From Methanoregula sp. (GTDB taxonomy: Archaea > Halobacteriota > Methanomicrobia > Methanomicrobiales > Methanospirillaceae), in contig JBDKTL010000044.1 in NCBI GenBank assembly GCA_039698055.1, positions 1 to 29,742 on the forward strand: 29,742 nt of DNA. Direction: 5' to 3'. Of the stretch, positions 25,113 through 29,742 are shown one piece after another (position 1 is the stretch's first letter; each line of letters begins with the position of its first letter). The position numbers and the translations under genes are program-made. The notes beneath the pieces are model-generated. The model had not been told where the DNA came from. It saw only the letters and a program-made list of their open reading frames with translations, and did not search any database.

Positions 25113-28088
25113 ATGGTGATGAATACCGATCCATCAGACATTGAAGAAGACATCGATGGCATGGAACCCACCATTGATATCTATGTATTATGTGCGAACT
25201 CCGGTGATGCCGAGGCACTGGCAGAGCAGCTTGCACCACGGGGATACCGGGTAACACTTTTCACCGAAAGCACGCACCTTCTGCAAACTCTCCACGATGG
25301 CAAACCCAATCTTCTCATCTGCGATACATCGAGCCCTGAACTGGACGGCTATGAATTCTGCCGGGAAGTAAAAACCGACTGGGACCTCTGGATGATCCCG
25401 GTTCTTCTCGTCACCGGTATTTCGGGGCTTGGGGATCTCCTCAAAGTCCTTGACTGCAACGCAGACAATTTCATCATCCGGCCCTATTATGTTCCCTACC
25501 TTTTGTCGGTCGTCGACAGCACGATCGCCACCCCTCTTGAAAGACCCGATCCGGAGAAGATCAAGACTCAGTTCAAAATCAGGTATGACGAGTCTGAGTA
25601 CGTCATTTCCGCAGATCGCCGCAAACTGCTTGAACTGCTCCTCTCCGCGTTTGAAATTACCGTCCAGCAGGCAGGAACTGTTGCGCAGGCAGATGCCGAC
25701 CTGAATGAACTTAGATCCACTCTTGAACAGCGTGTCTCCGACCGGGCGCAGGAACTTTCCCGTGAAGTCAGCCGCCTCAATGCCGTGGTACAGGAAAAGG
25801 TTCGGCAGGTGGGCGAGCGGGAATCGGTTATCCGGAAAAAAGAGGAGGGGGAAACTGCTCTCCGCGTGCAGATACAGGAACAGGAGGCCATCATATCGGA
25901 AAAAATTGCCGAACTGCTGCGCATTTCCGGCGAACTCGAACAAAAATCAAACCTCCTCACAAATGCCGAAGAAAAGATCCAGTCAATCAGCGCTGAAAAA
26001 AACCAGGCCGAACAGGAACTAAACGAGAAGATCCGCGCACTTATTGAAGAAAGAGACCATGTTACCGGCGAACATGAACGAATAAAAGATTCGCTCTCAA
26101 ACGAAGCAGAGCACCGGCAATCGCTGGAATCGGATCTCGCCGTGTCGGCCCGGGAAAAGCAGGATATGGAAAACACCATCGGCGAGTATTCCCGTGAAAT
26201 TGAAAATCTTAAACTTGCTCTCGATACCATTAAAAACGAAGCCCAAATCGCCGACCAGAAAGCGCAGGAGATCATCGCGGAAAAAACCCGGGCTGAGTCT
26301 GCCTTGCAGCAGACCCTGCAGGAAACAGAAACCCGATCGCGACAGCAGGCACAGGAACTGACCCAGTTAAGTGCGGACCTGAGTTCGGAACAGGAACGGA
26401 GGACTGCATCGGAACAATGGATCGAGACCCTCCTGCAGGAAAAGATGCAGAGGGAGGCAGCCCTTGGTGCGGAGAAATCCAGTCTCGTTGAGCAGCGAAC
26501 TGCCCTGCAGGAAAAATTCGATGCGACCACTGCCTCGCTTGGCGCTGAACGGCAGAAAAACGATTCTCTTTTAGAAGAGATAAAAAAAGCACGGGAAGCA
26601 AAAGAACTGCTGGAATCGAATATGCGCACGTTGATCCGGCGGCTGGAGATTGCCGGCACGGCTCTTGAAGAAGAAAAACAGTTGCGCCTGGTTGCGGAAA
26701 AGAGCCACAAGGAATCCGGCACCGCTCATAATGTTACCGTTCAGGCAATTGAAAAAGAATGCCGGGATCTTAAAGGAGAAGTGCAGGGCCTTCAGGCAGA
26801 ACTTGCGCTCATCGTTCATGAGCGCGACACGCTGAAAAATTCCCGCAAAACCATTGAAGACGAACTTGCGGGAGCGGTCGGGGGACGGGCGCAGTCCGAG
26901 AAACTGGCACGCTCGATATCGTACGAAATGGAGCAGATCCGATCCGACCTTGAAAGCGAGCGGAAAAAGCGGAGGGTCCTTGAGGAAAATCTCAAAGAGA
27001 TTGTCCTTGAAAAGAGCCGGATTGAAGAGGATATGCAGGCAACCGCTGCCAAAAATTCCCAGCAGATAACGAGCAGCAGCACCAGCCTCCAGAAGCTGGA
27101 AAGCGAGATGGAAACGATACTGGCCCGGGAGCGGTCGCTGGAGGATCAGTTGCGCGAGGCCGTATTGGAGCGTGAAGAAAAAGAGCGGGCATTCCAGACC
27201 CTTGCCGATACATGTGAAGCGATGCAGGAATCGCTCAAAGAAGAAAAAGAGAAGCGCTATACCGCACTCGAAGATCTGGCTGCTGCCCGAAAGGCACTTG
27301 AAAATTACCGGCATGCGGCCGATCCCATCATCCTCCCCGCTGCAAGCCCGACCGAAAGCCAGGCTGTTTCCATAAAAGAATCCGTGCTTCCCCGGATCAT
27401 TGAATATGTCCCGCAATCTCTTGCCACCATCCCGTCACCCGTCGAACAAAAAGAGCCCGGATCTCCTGTACCGGCCGGTTCCCCGGTCCCGGAAAATGAA
27501 GAGATTCCCGTTTCCCTCGATGTTGAAGACCTTTTTGAAGCAGAAAAGGAAATGGATATCGCCGATCTCACCAATCCGGCACCGGAATTCCCCCGGGAAG
27601 AACCTGCCGGATTTGCCAGTCCCGATGCCGTCCCTGCGGCATCTCCTGAAAATGACGGGGCAGTGCCTGGAAAGGACAATCCGGACACGGGCGATAGTCC
27701 GGATGAAGATTCCGGTAGCGAAGAGGATTTTCTGGCGACAAAACCTGAGCAGAGCGGAGACAAAGAACCAGAGACTACAAACGACGGGGATATTCCCGGC
27801 CAGGTTCCGGAGTATGATGACACCGGAGAGGATACAGAAACCGGTACCGGCATTCCTGAAGAATTCAATACCGGGATAGCGCAGGAACGCCTCCAGTTCA
27901 ACCGGGGACACTGGTTTGAACTGGTAAAATGGGCTCACAGCACCCCTACGCTTTCCCATGAAGAGAAACTTCGCATCGTCCGGATTGGCAGGCTCATCCA
28001 GCGGGGCGGACGCCTGACACCCCACCAGGAAGAGCAGGTAAGCGATATAATCGCCCTTGCCTGTTCCCGCGGGTACATTTCCCGCTGA
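25113..28088 (+). CDS. Atypical response-regulator receiver + long coiled coil + acidic/Pro linker + small C-terminal domain (991 aa)
   Basis: REC-like N-terminus (PNLLICDTSSPELDGYEFCR, IPVLLVT, ADNFIIRP), about 550 aa of E/K/Q/R/L-rich heptads, a D/E/P-rich tail and a compact C-terminal domain. Confidence 0.9.
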   Translation: MVMNTDPSDIEEDIDGMEPTIDIYVLCANSGDAEALAEQLAPRGYRVTLFTESTHLLQTLHDGKPNLLICDTSSPELDGYEFCREVKTDWDLWMIPVLLVTGISGLGDLLKVLDCNADNFIIRPYYVPYLLSVVDSTIATPLERPDPEKIKTQFKIRYDESEYVISADRRKLLELLLSAFEITVQQAGTVAQADADLNELRSTLEQRVSDRAQELSREVSRLNAVVQEKVRQVGERESVIRKKEEGETALRVQIQEQEAIISEKIAELLRISGELEQKSNLLTNAEEKIQSISAEKNQAEQELNEKIRALIEERDHVTGEHERIKDSLSNEAEHRQSLESDLAVSAREKQDMENTIGEYSREIENLKLALDTIKNEAQIADQKAQEIIAEKTRAESALQQTLQETETRSRQQAQELTQLSADLSSEQERRTASEQWIETLLQEKMQREAALGAEKSSLVEQRTALQEKFDATTASLGAERQKNDSLLEEIKKAREAKELLESNMRTLIRRLEIAGTALEEEKQLRLVAEKSHKESGTAHNVTVQAIEKECRDLKGEVQGLQAELALIVHERDTLKNSRKTIEDELAGAVGGRAQSEKLARSISYEMEQIRSDLESERKKRRVLEENLKEIVLEKSRIEEDMQATAAKNSQQITSSSTSLQKLESEMETILARERSLEDQLREAVLEREEKERAFQTLADTCEAMQESLKEEKEKRYTALEDLAAARKALENYRHAADPIILPAASPTESQAVSIKESVLPRIIEYVPQSLATIPSPVEQKEPGSPVPAGSPVPENEEIPVSLDVEDLFEAEKEMDIADLTNPAPEFPREEPAGFASPDAVPAASPENDGAVPGKDNPDTGDSPDEDSGSEEDFLATKPEQSGDKEPETTNDGDIPGQVPEYDDTGEDTETGTGIPEEFNTGIAQERLQFNRGHWFELVKWAHSTPTLSHEEKLRIVRIGRLIQRGGRLTPHQEEQVSDIIALACSRGYISR

Positions 28089-28332
28089 TTCTGATTTCTC
28101 CAGGGGAAAATCCTCTTATGAGGGCGGGTTCCCATCCCATTAAAAAAATTTCCCGGTTGGGATGTTATTGCAAATACAGCGAAGCGTGGCTCTCAATCCC
28201 GGAACCTCTGGTTAAAGAGAAAATCCAGTATGTTTATGGTCTTTTTCAGCTGAAACAGATAGGGAACCATCCGGCGCCGGACTCATGTTCCCCCAAATGG
28301 GTCCGTCGCGCCCGAATAACAGAGGGAAATCC

Positions 28333-29550
28333 ATGAAAAAGACTTCATCAAATGCACGGGATGCACGACCCTTGATTATTCTTGCCGGAGCCGTGATCCT
28401 TGCCGTAATCTTCCTTGCAGCAGTTCTCCTGACCACCCCCGCACATCCGGCTGACAACCAAAATTTTGCCATTCTGGTTGGCGCGATCTATAACCTGAAC
28501 GGCACGCAATCCGCCCTCGATATCCCTTCGGCCCATGGCGCGGAACTTGCAGTACAGGAGATCAACGAGCGCGGTGGAATTGACGGCAGGCCGGTACGAC
28601 TCATCCTCTATGACGGGCAAACACACACATCCCGGATTTCTGAAATGGCCGCAAGACTGATCCACCAGGATCATGTTACCGCCATCATCGGGATGAGTGA
28701 TTCTGACATGGTGTTACCGGCCGCACAAACGGCTGCTGCTTCCGGTACCGTCTTTATCACTTCCGGTGCCACGTCCCCGCTCCTGTCACACGAAGTTCCC
28801 AATTACCTGTTCCTTGCCTGTTTTGGCGACAACACCCAGGCAGCGGCCGGAGCAGAATATGCCAGAAACGAGCTTGACGCCCGCACCGCATTTCTTGTCA
28901 CTGACGATTCCATGCAGTACGCCCGACTGCTTTCCCATTACTTTACACAACGGTTCACCGTCATTGGGGGCACAATTGCCGGGAATATTTCCTATGCCGG
29001 GGGTTCAATCGATTACAGCGCACCGGTTGAGGCCATAAAAAAACTCACACCACAACCGGATCTCATCTACCTTTCCTGCGGCCCTGACGATTGCGGGCCA
29101 CTGGCCCATGCGATCAGGAACGCCGGCATTACCGCGCCGGTCATGGGCGGTGACTCCTTTGATACTCCCGGTTCTGCCGCGGCTGTTGCTGCCGATGGCG
29201 GCGTGGTGTATTATACAACCCATGCAGACATCAGCAGTTCATCAGCCGATCCCGCGATGCCGGCATTTATCGACCGGTACGAGCGGGCATTCGGGCAAAA
29301 ACCCACCGCGTTCTCCGGCCTTGGGTATGACACCGTGAATATCCTTGCACAAGCCCTGCACAATTCTGCAGGTACCGGCGATCTGGAGCAGGGATTATAC
29401 GCTATTGACGGATACGATGGCATTACCGGCACGGTATCCTACCGGAACCATTCACCCATCCCGGTAAAATCGGTCACCCTGATGAAGATCGATAAAGGAA
29501 TTGTTCAGTCGCTGGGGGAGCGTCTGCCGGCTGCGGTGCCGGACCCATAA
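28333..29550 (+). CDS. ABC-type substrate-binding protein, LivJ/LivK (periplasmic binding protein type 1) family, N-terminally anchored
   Basis: GAELAVQEINERGGIDGRPVRLILYD, ITSGATSPLL, GYDTV and YDGITG motifs; N-terminal hydrophobic anchor; probable start ATG 28333. Confidence 0.92.
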   Translation: MKKTSSNARDARPLIILAGAVILAVIFLAAVLLTTPAHPADNQNFAILVGAIYNLNGTQSALDIPSAHGAELAVQEINERGGIDGRPVRLILYDGQTHTSRISEMAARLIHQDHVTAIIGMSDSDMVLPAAQTAAASGTVFITSGATSPLLSHEVPNYLFLACFGDNTQAAAGAEYARNELDARTAFLVTDDSMQYARLLSHYFTQRFTVIGGTIAGNISYAGGSIDYSAPVEAIKKLTPQPDLIYLSCGPDDCGPLAHAIRNAGITAPVMGGDSFDTPGSAAAVAADGGVVYYTTHADISSSSADPAMPAFIDRYERAFGQKPTAFSGLGYDTVNILAQALHNSAGTGDLEQGLYAIDGYDGITGTVSYRNHSPIPVKSVTLMKIDKGIVQSLGERLPAAVPDP

Positions 29551-29616
29551 AAAATATTTTTTTTATTGAGGAATTTTTTCCTTCCCGATTCAGGTACGTT
29601 CCGGCTCTTGTATACC

Positions 29617-29742
29617 TTAGGACTTACGCACAAGATCTAGAAAAAAATTAGAGCGTGTATTTTGGATGAGCCAGATAGTCCGCGATGGCAGCTTTTACAA
29701 TCTCCCATTTTGCATTGTAGATCGTGACGTTATTGATGCGGT
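29617..29742 (-). mobile_element. Downstream (right) end of an IS701-family-like insertion sequence; element continues beyond the window
   Basis: TTAG-GACTTACGCA terminus (NTAG-type target plus IR-like sequence) just past the stop of a transposase-like C-terminus. Confidence 0.72.
29648..29742 (-). CDS. Transposase C-terminus (IS701-like), partial
   Basis: Manual translation ...RINNVTIYNAKWEIVKAAIADYLAHPKYTL* resembles, from memory, the YEAKxxIIRxAxxxYLxxP ending of IS701-family transposases. Confidence 0.68.
   Translation of the reverse strand, partial: RINNVTIYNAKWEIVKAAIADYLAHPKYTL

Noticed and set aside
25188-28025. Several long minus-strand ORFs (251, 384, 281, 198, 196 aa)
   Set aside because: Antisense to the low-complexity coiled-coil gene; their Ser/Phe/Cys-rich composition is the expected mirror of E/K/Q codons.
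1-29742. CRISPR array, prophage, defence island, or Sec/Pyl read-through
   Set aside because: No regularly spaced repeats; no cas, integrase, capsid or nuclease motifs; no recognised gene is interrupted by an in-frame TGA or TAG.

Overview
This looks like archaeal chromosomal DNA from a methanogen, most likely Methanomicrobiales (Methanoregula-like). That is inferred from the fae-hps fusion, an intron-containing tRNA-Trp with a BHB motif and C/D boxes, a COG1361-type cell-surface protein and archaeal TATA/oligo-T signals. In order, the window holds: the 5' part of a CHASE4 sensor gene; a TPR protein; a MacB/LolD-type ABC exporter operon with a cell-surface protein; an unannotated secreted protein that appears to start at ATA; an XRE-HTH/DUF2178 pair; a dCache-HAMP-PP2C (SpoIIE/RsbU) phosphatase; a DUF2179 protein; fae-hps; a CMD-family protein; tRNA-Trp; a divergent CDF transporter; a STAS protein; an acyl-CoA synthetase; a DHA2 MFS pump; a B-box-like small membrane protein; an MTA/5'-dA deaminase and MTI phosphorylase pair; pncB; an RMD1/DUF155 protein; a 991-aa atypical receiver/coiled-coil protein; an orphan LivJ-type binding protein; and one end of an IS701-like element. 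The best leads are: (1) a tandem GTAA-N8-TTAC box, 21-bp period, at three promoters, suggesting a local XRE/DUF2178 envelope regulon that includes the hidden ATA-start gene; (2) partner-switching components (amino-acid-motif dCache PP2C and STAS) in an organism lacking sigma factors, with the STAS gene next to a CDF whose metal ligands are replaced by Lys and hydrophobic residues. All family calls come from motif recognition by eye; no database search was run.
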